A DNA stretch of 64,000 bases. Source: an uncultured Candidatus Saccharibacteria bacterium. Its GTDB lineage: Bacteria > Patescibacteriota > Minisyncoccia > Phycocordibacterales > SBAW01. Location: the NCBI GenBank assembly GCA_964566795.1, contig CAZMIU010000001.1:15388-79387 (forward strand), read 5' to 3'. The notes beneath the pieces are model-generated. The model did no database searches. It was not told the origin of the DNA and was given only the letters and a program-made list of their open reading frames with translations. The position numbers and the translations under genes were made by a program. This document shows, one piece after another, positions 55,702 to 64,000 of this stretch; the stretch's first letter is position 1; each line of letters opens with the position of its first letter.

Positions 55702-57330
55702 ATGGCGGATACTGAGGTACAGCAGATAAAGGACCGCATCAATATTGTTGAGGTTATCGGCCAGTATGTGCAGCTGCGCAAGGCGGGTAGGAATTACTCG
55801 GGCCGCTGCCCCTTCCACAACGAGCGCACACCGAGCTTTATGGTTAGCCCTGAGCGCGGCACGTACATGTGCTTTGGTTGCGGGGAGAAGGGCGACGTCT
55901 TTAGCTTTGTCCAAAAAATAGACGGGCTCGACTTCTACACCGTGCTCAAGCAGCTGGCCGATAAGGCCGGGGTCGAGCTTGTGCCCCGCAGCCACAACCC
56001 CAAGGCCGCCGAGGAACGCGCGCAAGAGCAAGAGCACGACGAGCGCCTTCGCGCCGTGTGCGAGGCCGCGGTAGGCTACTTTGAGGCAGAGCTCAAAAAG
56101 CGCCCGGATGTTTTGGAGTATTTGCACACCCGCGGCGTGTCAGATGAGAGTATCGCGGCCTGGCGCCTGGGCTATGCGCCCGCAACCTGGGACTCGCTCG
56201 CAAAGCACCTCGTGGCACAGGGCTTTGGCAACCCCGACATAGTAGATGCCGGGTTTGGTATCCGCTCAGAAAAGAGGCAGGGGGAGATTTTTGACAGGTT
56301 TCGCGGGCGTATCATCTTCCCGATATTCGATGCGGGCGGTGCGCCTATTGCGGTCTCGGGGCGGTTCTTTGAGTGGGTAGCCGGACAAAAACAGGAGGGC
56401 GAGCCTGCCAAGTATGTAAACAGCCCCGAGACAAGCCTGTTTAAAAAGTCGCGTGTCTTGTACGGGCTAGACCGCGCACGCGCCGCTATCCGGAAAGCCG
56501 ATTGTATATTGCTGGTAGAGGGTCAGTTCGACCTGGTGCTCGCGCACCAGTCCGGGTTGCCGTTTACCGTAGCGCTCTCGGGCACGGCGCTCACGCCAGA
56601 GCACCTCTCTATAGTAGGAAGGCTCTCCAAGCGGCTAGTACTCGCTCTGGATGGCGACCAGGCGGGCGTGCGCTCCGGGCTCAAGTCGGCACTTATGGCC
56701 ATTGGCGCCGGGTTTGAGGTTAAGGTCCCCACATTCCCCGCGGGGGCCGACCCGGCAGACTTGGCTAAACAAAACCCCGAGCTCCTTAAGGCGGCCATAC
56801 GCACAAGCGCCACCGCGGTCGAGTTCTTTTTGGAGGCGCTGCGCCCGGGGGCAAAAGATGCGCGCGCCTACCAGCGCACCGTTGAGGCACAGGTACTGCC
56901 GCTTGTCGCGGCGCTCGCGAGTGCGATAGAGCGCGAGCATTTTGTGCGCATTGTCGCCCACAAGCTCAATGTCTCAGAAGAGGCCGTACGCACGGAGGTA
57001 GCCAAGCGCCCAACACTTTCAGAGCCTTCACCGGAGATTCAGCCCGCGGCGGGAGAATCTCTAAGTCTACCGCTCTCTCACCTCCCGCCGATGGAGAAGA
57101 AAGTGGGCATGCTCCTGTTTTGTGCGCCCGGCACCCACGCCGCCCTCATAGAGCTGTTGGGCGAGTCATATATTGCCGATATGCGCACTAAACTCGGTGC
57201 GCACGAGGAGGAGCTTATATACTCCTTTGACCGCGAGGTCCACGATGACACCACCCCAGAGTTGGTTGCCGCTGATATGCTCGGACAGGTTATAGAGCTT
57301 ACAAAACGTGCCAAAATGAAGTTAATGTGA
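55702..57330 (+). CDS. dnaG: DNA primase
   Basis: It has the [11 protein letters not shown] zinc-finger and a toprim domain ([10 protein letters not shown]). Confidence 0.9.
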   Translation: MADTEVQQIKDRINIVEVIGQYVQLRKAGRNYSGRCPFHNERTPSFMVSPERGTYMCFGCGEKGDVFSFVQKIDGLDFYTVLKQLADKAGVELVPRSHNPKAAEERAQEQEHDERLRAVCEAAVGYFEAELKKRPDVLEYLHTRGVSDESIAAWRLGYAPATWDSLAKHLVAQGFGNPDIVDAGFGIRSEKRQGEIFDRFRGRIIFPIFDAGGAPIAVSGRFFEWVAGQKQEGEPAKYVNSPETSLFKKSRVLYGLDRARAAIRKADCILLVEGQFDLVLAHQSGLPFTVALSGTALTPEHLSIVGRLSKRLVLALDGDQAGVRSGLKSALMAIGAGFEVKVPTFPAGADPADLAKQNPELLKAAIRTSATAVEFFLEALRPGAKDARAYQRTVEAQVLPLVAALASAIEREHFVRIVAHKLNVSEEAVRTEVAKRPTLSEPSPEIQPAAGESLSLPLSHLPPMEKKVGMLLFCAPGTHAALIELLGESYIADMRTKLGAHEEELIYSFDREVHDDTTPELVAADMLGQVIELTKRAKMKLM

Positions 57331-57337
57331 TATAGTA

Positions 57338-58594
57338 TTGAGTAACACTATGGCTAAAAAGAAGAAGGCAGCTAAGAAGGCCCGCCGCGCCAAAAAGGCC
57401 GGCAAGCCGGCCAAAGCGTCGGCTTTTAAGAAGGCTGCGGCAGCGCGCCGTGCCAAACTCGCACCCAAGAAAAAGGCTGTAAAGAAGGTTAAAGCTCCCG
57501 CCGTATCTCTCAAAGCTCAAAAGAAGGCCGACGAGCAAAACAAGAAGGCCGAGGGTCTTATGGAGCGCGGCCGCCAGCGCGGCTTTGTGACCTACGACGA
57601 GATTCTTAAGTCGTTCCCCAACGTGGAGGAAGACGTGATGTTCCTCGAGGAGCTCTACGAAAAGTTTTCTACCGCCGGCATCGATGTGTTGGAGGGCGGA
57701 GGCCTTTTGGAGGTAGAGACCGAGCCTCTGGAGAAGGGCTATGCCCGCTCAGACTCGAGCTTTGACTCTATCCAGATGTATTTGCGCGAGATAGGCAAGT
57801 ACCCGCTCTTAAACGCGCAGGAGGAGCGCGACCTGGCCAAGCGCATTACAGACGGCGACGAGGAGGCGCGCAACCTGCTTGCCAGGGCTAACCTGCGCCT
57901 GGTGGTCTCTATTGCCAAAAAGTACGTGGGCCGCAGCCCGGACCTCACACTCTTGGACCTTATCCAGGAGGGTAACATCGGCCTTTTTAAGGCTGTAGAC
58001 AAGTTTGACTGGACCAAGGGCTTTAAATTCTCTACCTATGCCACCTGGTGGATACGCCAGGCTATTACCCGCGCTCTGGCAGACCAGTCGCGCACCATCC
58101 GCATCCCCGTACACATGGTCGAGACTATTGCCAAGTACAAGCAGGTGGCCCGCAGGCTGAGCCAGGACCTGGGTCGCGACCCTCTGGCCGAGGAAATTGC
58201 GCTTGAGATGGGGGTTGAGGTAGATAAGATTTACCAGATAGAAAAGATCGACCAGGACACGGTCTCGCTTGAGAGCCCTGTAGGCTCTGACGACGGCGAC
58301 GACGGCAAGTCGGTCTTGGGCGACTTTATCAAGGACGACAAGATACTCTCGCCGGACCAGGAGGTGTCGCGCCGCATCCTGGGCGATCAGCTTAAAGAGA
58401 TTTTAGACGAGCTTAGCCCCAAAGAGCGCGAGATACTCAAGCTGCGCCATGGGCTCGAGGACGGCATATATCATACGCTTGAGGAGGTGGGCAAGAAGTT
58501 TGGTGTCACCCGCGAGCGTATCCGCCAGATTGAGGCCAAAGCCCTAGAGCGCATCCGCACGCACGAGAAGGCAAAGCGTTTGCGCAGCTATTAA
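57338..58594 (+). CDS. rpoD: RNA polymerase sigma-70 (group 1) with Lys/Ala-rich N-terminal tail
   Basis: Regions 2-4 are conserved ([13 protein letters not shown] and the region 4 HTH). The N-terminal ~70 aa are an AKKA-type basic repeat. Confidence 0.9.
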   Translation: MSNTMAKKKKAAKKARRAKKAGKPAKASAFKKAAAARRAKLAPKKKAVKKVKAPAVSLKAQKKADEQNKKAEGLMERGRQRGFVTYDEILKSFPNVEEDVMFLEELYEKFSTAGIDVLEGGGLLEVETEPLEKGYARSDSSFDSIQMYLREIGKYPLLNAQEERDLAKRITDGDEEARNLLARANLRLVVSIAKKYVGRSPDLTLLDLIQEGNIGLFKAVDKFDWTKGFKFSTYATWWIRQAITRALADQSRTIRIPVHMVETIAKYKQVARRLSQDLGRDPLAEEIALEMGVEVDKIYQIEKIDQDTVSLESPVGSDDGDDGKSVLGDFIKDDKILSPDQEVSRRILGDQLKEILDELSPKEREILKLRHGLEDGIYHTLEEVGKKFGVTRERIRQIEAKALERIRTHEKAKRLRSY

Positions 58595-58667
58595 AGAAGG
58601 AGTATCCTATCTAAGCGCTCCACAAGGGGGCGGGTGCACTATATACCACAAGCGACGGGAGATACTT

Positions 58668-59558
58668 TTGCCATCAGCAGCGATTGAGCGAAAAGAGCAA
58701 GTACAAGCGCAGAGCCTGCAGTGTCTGCAGGATCTGCTGCCGGGCGATGTTATCGGTACGCATGCCCTAAGCGAGATATGCATACCTGAGTGGGCCTTTA
58801 GGCCCGATCATTGGTCTACAACCTTTCTGCGTGGGCTTATGCAGGTGGGCGAGAGCCTTTCTTGTGCCCGTGTGTGGGAGGTGGGCGTGGGGACCGGGGT
58901 CAATCTTATTGCGCTCAGCGACGTTGTCGCTGACGCGGTGTGGTACTACTCGGACTTTAATCCAGACTGTACATTGCTGGCGCAGGCCAATCTTTTATTG
59001 GCTGGCGTTAGCGGTTCCTACACGCCCCTGCACGGCAAGAGAAATCTTGTGCATGCGGGGGTGGGGCAGCCGGTACCAAAGGTTGACGTGGTCTTCGGCT
59101 GTCTGCCCCAGGTCCCCGTGACCCATGGCATCAACACCTGCGACCGTGTGGCGCACTATTACAATCCCGACATGTATCCCTTCTCGCGAAGGCATACGTG
59201 CGGGCTTGGGCTCAACGAGGCCCTGCTTATGGGTGCAAGGAAAGTCCTGTTTAAACATGGCAGGGCAATCCTCAACTTAAGCGGGCGCGCAGGGAAGGAG
59301 CGGCTGGAGGAGATGTTTGACGAGTGCGGATACACGTCTCGCGTATTGTACGAGACAATCGTGCCGCAGCACGCGGCCACGTCGCTCTCGTCGCTTGCTT
59401 GTATCGAGTCTGAAGACAAGGCGGGGTATGAGTTTGAGTTCTTTGCTGACCCGGAGGCGCACACCCGCCTTAGTGCAGGTCAGGCTGAAGCAAGACGATG
59501 CAGTGGCCTTGCCGTCTATCACAAGATCTTTGTGATGGAGGGTACACTGGACCACTAA
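58668..59558 (+). CDS. class I SAM-dependent methyltransferase (HemK/PrmC-like fold, NPPY position reads CLPQ)
   Basis: TTG start with GGGAG upstream. Motif I is VWEVGVGTGVNLIAL. DVVFGCLPQVP occupies the position of DxxxxNPPY. A terminator lies at 59568-59595. Confidence 0.6.
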   Translation: MPSAAIERKEQVQAQSLQCLQDLLPGDVIGTHALSEICIPEWAFRPDHWSTTFLRGLMQVGESLSCARVWEVGVGTGVNLIALSDVVADAVWYYSDFNPDCTLLAQANLLLAGVSGSYTPLHGKRNLVHAGVGQPVPKVDVVFGCLPQVPVTHGINTCDRVAHYYNPDMYPFSRRHTCGLGLNEALLMGARKVLFKHGRAILNLSGRAGKERLEEMFDECGYTSRVLYETIVPQHAATSLSSLACIESEDKAGYEFEFFADPEAHTRLSAGQAEARRCSGLAVYHKIFVMEGTLDH

Positions 59559-59567
59559 CGTAGCAAG

Positions 59568-59595
59568 GCTCCGCGGGCAACCGCGGGGCTTTTTC
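59568..59595 (+). terminator. rho-independent terminator between methyltransferase and nuclease genes
   Basis: GCTCCGCGG-gcaa-CCGCGGGGC followed by TTTTT. Confidence 0.7.
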
Positions 59596-59617
59596 TTGCG
59601 CCCGTCCTGATTTCTTC

Positions 59618-60502
59618 ATGCACCAGATTGGTATACTGGGGGTAATGGCAGGCAAGGCGCCCAAACTCCCCATCGCATACTGGAGCCACTCGAGCCTCAT
59701 GGCGTTTTTGCGCAACCCTCTGGCGTGGTACAAGCGCTATGTGGAGCTTGTGTACGACACGCCCATGGGCCCGGCCGGGGTAGTGGGGCGGGCGGCCCAC
59801 AAGGCGCTCGAGCACTACTACACAGGCATCGACATTGAGGGGGCCACGGCGCTGGGGCTTGAGTACCTGCGCGGTGTCGCAGACTTTGAGATCAACTTTG
59901 GCAAAAGCGCCACCACAAAGGCCGCCCGCAAAAAGAAACGCCACACAATGGAGCGCGAGTACTTGCAGGCGGTTGGCTTCTTTTTTGCGCGGCCGCCACG
60001 CTACAGGGTAGTTGGGGTCGAGGTTAAGGCCACGGTCGAGGTTACGGGTTTGCCTCTGCCTATTAAAGCCGTGTCAGACCTTGTAGTCACGAGCAAGGTC
60101 GACAAAAACGGGCTCGATGTTGTCGACTACAAGTTTGTCGCGGCCTTTAGCCCCTACAAGGGAGACAAGTCCCTGTTTATCATGCAGGCGATATTTAACT
60201 ACTACACGGTCAAAAAGACCTACAGAAAGCCTGTCCGCCGCTTTATCATCCATGAGGTCAAGATTACTAAGAATGCCGATGGCAAGCCGCAGGTACGCCG
60301 CCATGTTATCGACTTTAGGGAGTTTAGGCGCGAGTTTATCGTCTTTAACCGGCTTATACGCGACGCCACCACGGCCCTTGAGGGCATGCGGGTATTCCTG
60401 CCCAACCCCTCGGACATTTTTGAGGGGGAGAACAGCTTTGATATCTACCGCATAAACCTGGGCTATGAGGAAACCGACGACCACTTTAAACCCGACGAAT
60501 AA
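59618..60502 (+). CDS. RecB-family PD-(D/E)xK nuclease
   Basis: The N-terminus is YWSHSSLMAFLRNPLAWYKRY. D is in SDLVVTS, VVDYK is the (D/E)xK motif, and the QxxxY motif is MQAIFNYY. The true start may be MAGK at 59645, directly after a TATACT -10 box, making it leaderless. Confidence 0.65.
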   Translation: MHQIGILGVMAGKAPKLPIAYWSHSSLMAFLRNPLAWYKRYVELVYDTPMGPAGVVGRAAHKALEHYYTGIDIEGATALGLEYLRGVADFEINFGKSATTKAARKKKRHTMEREYLQAVGFFFARPPRYRVVGVEVKATVEVTGLPLPIKAVSDLVVTSKVDKNGLDVVDYKFVAAFSPYKGDKSLFIMQAIFNYYTVKKTYRKPVRRFIIHEVKITKNADGKPQVRRHVIDFREFRREFIVFNRLIRDATTALEGMRVFLPNPSDIFEGENSFDIYRINLGYEETDDHFKPDE

Positions 60503-60517
60503 TAAGGAATAAGAGGT

Positions 60518-60543
60518 GGGGTGCTTGATATATCAAGCACCCC
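60518..60543. promoter_or_regulatory. perfect 26-bp palindrome GGGGTGCTTGATATATCAAGCACCCC between nuclease and TrpR-like genes (candidate operator / bidirectional terminator)
   Basis: Its 20-bp core GTGCTTGATATATCAAGCAC is identical to the one at 10893-10912. Both flanks are U-rich on the respective transcribed strands. Confidence 0.55.
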
Positions 60544-60565
60544 ATTCTCGCTTTCTCCAACTCAA

Positions 60566-60943
60566 CTACTTAAGCAAAAGGTTTAGTATGGAGTTACGCT
60601 GCCTAAAGTGACCTTTAAAGTAGCGTACATCAAGCTCAGTCTCGAGTTTGGCGACCGCCTTCTCGTATCCCTGCAGGTCGTCTTTGAGCCATTTTTGTAC
60701 ACGCCATATGGTATCGCGACCGACTTTGAGGTCGGCAGCAATTTTGTTTGTAGAGTCACCCCGGAGTAGTCGGCGGGCGATCATGAGCCGGCGACCTAGC
60801 ATAATCCTCTCGCTTGGGGTCAGGAGATCGCGCAGGAACAGCTTCATGGCGTCTCGGCCACGGACAGTGCCCGCTGCAGTGTAGAGGGTATCTAGAATGG
60901 CTATACGCTCCTTTTGGCTCAACTCCCGCATCCGGACTTTCAT
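60566..60943 (-). CDS. TrpR/YerC/YecD-family DNA-binding protein
   Basis: 125-aa protein. LFLRDLLTPSERIMLGRRLMIARRLLRGDSTNKIAADLKVGRDTIWRV matches the Trp-repressor-like YerC pattern (FLKDLFTPTE...RW.VAKLL..G.S.R.IA..LGVS.ATI.RV). Confidence 0.65.
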   Translation of the reverse strand: MKVRMRELSQKERIAILDTLYTAAGTVRGRDAMKLFLRDLLTPSERIMLGRRLMIARRLLRGDSTNKIAADLKVGRDTIWRVQKWLKDDLQGYEKAVAKLETELDVRYFKGHFRQRNSILNLLLK

Positions 60944-60960
60944 GCCAGCATCCTACGCGA

Positions 60961-60980
60961 GGGTGCTTGATATATCAAAC
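60961..60980. promoter_or_regulatory. half/degenerate copy of the palindrome (GGGTGCTTGATATATCAAAC) overlapping the promoter of the TrpR-like gene
   Basis: It lies 18-37 nt upstream of the ATG at 60943. The minus-strand promoter TTCACA-17-ATATAT has its -10 box in the palindrome centre. Confidence 0.5.
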
Positions 60981-60982
60981 AG

Positions 60983-61010
60983 TTGACAATGCTGTGAAAT
61001 AAGGTACTAT
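60983..61010 (+). promoter_or_regulatory. sigma70-like promoter TTGACA-16-TACTAT for 61040..61318
   Basis: The hexamers were read directly. The promoter is divergent from, and overlapping, the TrpR-like gene's promoter region. Confidence 0.45.
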
Positions 61011-61039
61011 TTCCTTGAACTGAACAGGGAGGTACATAA

Positions 61040-61318
61040 TTGAGCGAGAATGGACACAGGTCTTTTGGGAGCACCGCAGCCCGTGTAGGTTTACATCTGG
61101 TCTCAAGAGCCATCGGCTCGTTTGGTCTGGCCTGGGTTGTCTACCTGGTCGTAGACAAGTGGGGCGCGGCCATGGGGGTTGCGATACTCGCCGGCACAGC
61201 GTGGTTTGTGCGGTCACTAGTCAAGCTCGTCCTGCACCTCTTGCCTCCGCTTACGCCCGAGCAGGAGGCCCAATTCGACAAAGACACGACCGAGTTTTGG
61301 CAGAGGTTCAGAAGCTAA
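61040..61318 (+). CDS. small membrane protein (2 TM, hypothetical)
   Basis: GGGAGG SD. A TTGACA-16-TACTAT promoter lies at 60983-61010 and a terminator follows at 61325-61351. Confidence 0.45.
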   Translation: MSENGHRSFGSTAARVGLHLVSRAIGSFGLAWVVYLVVDKWGAAMGVAILAGTAWFVRSLVKLVLHLLPPLTPEQEAQFDKDTTEFWQRFRS

Positions 61319-61324
61319 GACAGC

Positions 61325-61351
61325 AAAAAAGCGGGGAGGTCCCCGCTTTTT
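61325..61351. terminator. bidirectional terminator between 61040..61318 and dsbA-like gene
   Basis: AAAAAAGCGGGGA-ggt-CCCCGCTTTTT. Confidence 0.8.
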
Positions 61352-61365
61352 ATTTTTGCCTTACA

Positions 61366-62112
61366 TTACTGTGCGGTAGATGTACCTGCTTGCGGTGAGC
61401 CCGAACCCGTGGGGGGCACTACTGCGCCGCCGGGGACGGAGGCGAGGACGGCGTCTATGGCTGCGCGCATCGAGGAGTACGGCTGGGCGCCATTGAGCGC
61501 TACAGACTCGGAACCAACCATGATAAGCGTGTAGGGTGTGCCCTGGCCGCCGGCCTTAATTGCCTCCTGGTAGGAGTCGGAAATCTTTTTGGCGTACTTG
61601 CCGGAGTTAAGGCAGGTAGTGAAGGTGTCTACATTAAGACCAACCTGGCCTGCAATCGTGGGGAGCTGTGAGAGGTCAAGCCCGTTGTCGCCCGGGGTTA
61701 CCTCAAAGATCTTGTCTACATAGGCAAAGTATGCCGTGTCGCCGCCCTGCTCGGCTGCGCACTCTGCGGCCTCGGCCTCCTTGGGCGCCTTGGAGTGGAT
61801 GTTGGCAAGGGGAAACGCGCGGGGGACCCAGGCCACCTGGCCGGACGCGCCATAGTAGTCCATGATCTGGTGCATGGTGGTGTTAAACAGCTTGCAGTGC
61901 GGGCACTCGAGGTCGTAGTACTCGATAACTTTTACGGGAGCCTGCGGGTTGCCCAGTATATGATCCTCGCCCGGTGTATAGGGGCGCACGCCTGCGGGGT
62001 TGCCGGCCGTGTCGCTAGGGGTACTGCCCGACTTGCCCGCCCAAAAGACCGCCCCGGCGATAATAAGGCCCGCGACCACGATAGTAATAGGAAGCGCGTA
62101 ATTTCTGTTCAT
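61366..62112 (-). CDS. membrane-anchored DsbA/BdbD-like thiol:disulfide oxidoreductase
   Basis: N-terminal TM helix. The CPHC active site sits in YYDLECPHCKLF, within a thioredoxin fold. Confidence 0.75.
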   Translation of the reverse strand: MNRNYALPITIVVAGLIIAGAVFWAGKSGSTPSDTAGNPAGVRPYTPGEDHILGNPQAPVKVIEYYDLECPHCKLFNTTMHQIMDYYGASGQVAWVPRAFPLANIHSKAPKEAEAAECAAEQGGDTAYFAYVDKIFEVTPGDNGLDLSQLPTIAGQVGLNVDTFTTCLNSGKYAKKISDSYQEAIKAGGQGTPYTLIMVGSESVALNGAQPYSSMRAAIDAVLASVPGGAVVPPTGSGSPQAGTSTAQ

Positions 62113-62136
62113 ATGGGGCTATTTTACCGCCTGAGC

Positions 62137-62709
62137 CTAGAAGGGCAAGGTGTGGGTTATGGCGGGGGAGTCGGTTGTCTCTTCCCACTTACTGGTGTCT
62201 AACTTGATGTCGCGCACCGAGTCAAAGTCTTTGTACTTGAGCTTTTTGTTCTTTATGGCAAAACGGTACAGCTCGTCTGTAATGGCCACGTCGTCCAGGC
62301 AGTACTGCATCACCTTTTCTTTGAGCCCCTGCTTCCACCACTCCACCGCCTCCAGCCCGTTGCCGCTTTTCTTTTTACCCAAGGTTGCCTCGGCCACACC
62401 GTCGAGCTTAAGCCGGCGGCCCAGCACATTCTTAATCTCTTTAAGGAGGTCGACACTCTTAAACTTGGTGAGGTCGCCCGCATAGTACTTGTTGAGGATA
62501 GGGATATCGAAGTGGTCTGAGTTGTAGCCCACCAGCAGGTCGGCCGACTCTAAGATAGGCCAGAGCTTGTGCAGCTCATCGCGATAGAAGCCCTGGAGCT
62601 TTTTACTCTCAGAGTCGTAAATACCCACAACAGTGACCTCGAGGTTGGAGAAGTCGCCATTACCCTTAAACAACCCTTCAGTCTCGATGTCGAACGTGAT
62701 CCGCCGCAT
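62137..62709 (-). CDS. DEDDy-type 3'-5' exonuclease
   Basis: The three exonuclease motifs are ITFDIETEG, YNSDHFDIPIL and YCLDDV. Confidence 0.7.
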   Translation of the reverse strand: MRRITFDIETEGLFKGNGDFSNLEVTVVGIYDSESKKLQGFYRDELHKLWPILESADLLVGYNSDHFDIPILNKYYAGDLTKFKSVDLLKEIKNVLGRRLKLDGVAEATLGKKKSGNGLEAVEWWKQGLKEKVMQYCLDDVAITDELYRFAIKNKKLKYKDFDSVRDIKLDTSKWEETTDSPAITHTLPF

Positions 62710-63965
62710 TACGCTTGTGTAGTTAGGTAGTCTGCTATTGCGTCTGCCGGGAGCGTTTCCTCATGCCCGGAATTGAGGTTGCGCACCTTAAACTGCCCGC
62801 TCTCAAGTTCGTCCTGGCCGGCCACAATAAGCCACGGGATCTTATGCTTAACGGCGGTCTTTATCTGGTCGCCCAGTTTGCGCTCGCCAAAGTCTATCGC
62901 CACGTTGATGCCGGCGCGGCGCAAGGAGCCCGCAAAGGTCTGTGCCTGGTAGGCGAGCTCGGGTGCCGTTATAGCTACGTATACCTGGGTAGGAGAGGTA
63001 TAGGTTGGCAGGAGCCCGCGGACCTCGAGGAATATGCGTATGGTCTCGTCGCTAATGGCAAAGCCCACACCCGGCAAGGGCTCGTCGTCAAAGAGTGCGG
63101 TTAGGTTGTCGTAGCGGCCGCCGCCCATAAGCGCGCGGTTGTTATCCGGATGGGTGTCGTAGACCTCAAACACCATGCCGGTGTAGTAGGCAAAGCCGCG
63201 CACGATAGACGGGTCCCAGACAATGTTGTTGATGCCGGCGTCTCTAAACTGCGCGAGCATCTGCGCAATATCTTGCGGTGGCTCCTCGGGCAGGAGTTTG
63301 CTCTCGGGGATACTGAGCTCGGAGAGCTGATGCAAAAAGTCCTCGCGCGGCATTTTGTCGCGGCGGTCCAAAAGCCCAAAGAGTTTCTTGCGCGCATCCT
63401 CGCCAAGACCGAGCTCATCCATAGTGGCGTTTAAAAACGTGCGCGAGCCCACCTTAATGATGAAGTCGCTCTCGGAGGCACCGAAGGCCATAGGCAGGCC
63501 ATACGCCACCGCTAAAATCTCTGCGTCTGCCGCCATAGAGCGCGAGCCAAAGATGTCTACGTTTAATTGCCAGAACTCGCGCAACCTGCCGCGCTGTGTG
63601 CGCTCGTAGCGGAAGCAGTTGGGTATCGAGTAGTACCGCAAAGGGAAGCCTAATTCGCGGCGGCGGCCCGCCACCATGCGCGCCACAGTCGGTGTCATCT
63701 CAGGGCGGAGTGTGACCTCGCGCTCGCCCCGGTCTAGAAACGTATACGTCTGCTCTTTGGCCATCTCCTCGTTTTCTGCACCCTTGGCCCGGTAGAGCTC
63801 GGCGGGCTCTAAGATGGACGCCTCATACTCGACATAGCCCACGCGCTCGAGTGTTGTCCGCCACATGTCCATGATGAATTTGAGCACGCTAAAGTCTTCA
63901 GGATAGAAGTCGCGCACACCCTTGTACGGGTCGGTGCTCAGTTTTTTTTCCTGGTTTTTACTCAT
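62709..63965 (-). CDS. hisS: histidyl-tRNA synthetase
   Basis: DPYKGVRDFYPED, the class IIa motifs (FRYERTQRGRLREFWQ) and the C-terminal anticodon-binding domain are present. Confidence 0.9.
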   Translation of the reverse strand: MSKNQEKKLSTDPYKGVRDFYPEDFSVLKFIMDMWRTTLERVGYVEYEASILEPAELYRAKGAENEEMAKEQTYTFLDRGEREVTLRPEMTPTVARMVAGRRRELGFPLRYYSIPNCFRYERTQRGRLREFWQLNVDIFGSRSMAADAEILAVAYGLPMAFGASESDFIIKVGSRTFLNATMDELGLGEDARKKLFGLLDRRDKMPREDFLHQLSELSIPESKLLPEEPPQDIAQMLAQFRDAGINNIVWDPSIVRGFAYYTGMVFEVYDTHPDNNRALMGGGRYDNLTALFDDEPLPGVGFAISDETIRIFLEVRGLLPTYTSPTQVYVAITAPELAYQAQTFAGSLRRAGINVAIDFGERKLGDQIKTAVKHKIPWLIVAGQDELESGQFKVRNLNSGHEETLPADAIADYLTTQA

Positions 63966-64000
63966 ATTTTTGGCGATTCGTGTGCTTACTGCTATTCTAC

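Overview
This is a high-GC (about 60%) bacterial chromosomal segment packed with core housekeeping genes. Many of them are unusually short or fused, which suggests a reduced genome. No rRNA, CRISPR array or transposase is present.

Genes recognised on each strand:
- Plus strand: gap, rpiB, an rpe-like gene, a split transketolase (N- and C-terminal subunit genes), class II fba, rplY, rpmE, prfA, a capA-like gene, rpsB-tsf, tRNA-Thr(UGU), pheS-pheT, gyrB, rnhB, rpmF, a NusB-NUDIX fusion, rnc, a short smc, rpsP, a KH-domain protein, trmD, a single 2283-aa rpoB-rpoC fusion ORF, dnaG and rpoD.
- Minus strand: a PfkB-family kinase, a GT2 glycosyltransferase, thrS (catalytic core only), dnaE, an RNase R family gene, a DsbA-like gene, a DEDD exonuclease and hisS.

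Accessory and envelope content:
- Two paralogous ~880-aa Thr/Ser/Gly-rich secreted proteins plus a related 513-aa protein.
- A sortase next to a Tyr-rich repeat protein that carries an LPYTG+TM+KR sorting-like signal, and a Gly/Tyr-rich secreted protein.
- A SleB-like hydrolase and a coiled-coil lytic-transglycosylase-like protein.
- A membrane-anchored PaaX-like regulator bracketed by a recurring TATCAC...CTATAGG motif.

Most interesting locus (58.6-61.0 kb): a HemK-like methyltransferase, a RecB-family PD-(D/E)xK nuclease and a convergent TrpR/YerC-like regulator. It is associated with a perfect 20-bp palindrome core GTGCTTGATATATCAAGCAC (26-bp palindrome with flanks). One copy sits between the nuclease and regulator genes, a half-site overlaps the regulator's own promoter, and a third full copy lies 50 kb away at 10890.

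Other items worth a second look:
- A tandem 48-nt repeat with stem-loops downstream of dnaE.
- A 370-nt ORF-poor region with long-range complementarity upstream of rpmF (candidate ncRNA).
- A near-consensus promoter and ~280-nt leader ahead of rpoBC.
- A long imperfect hairpin at the thrS 3' end.

Many large ORFs in the supplied track that lie antisense to real genes are high-GC artefacts.
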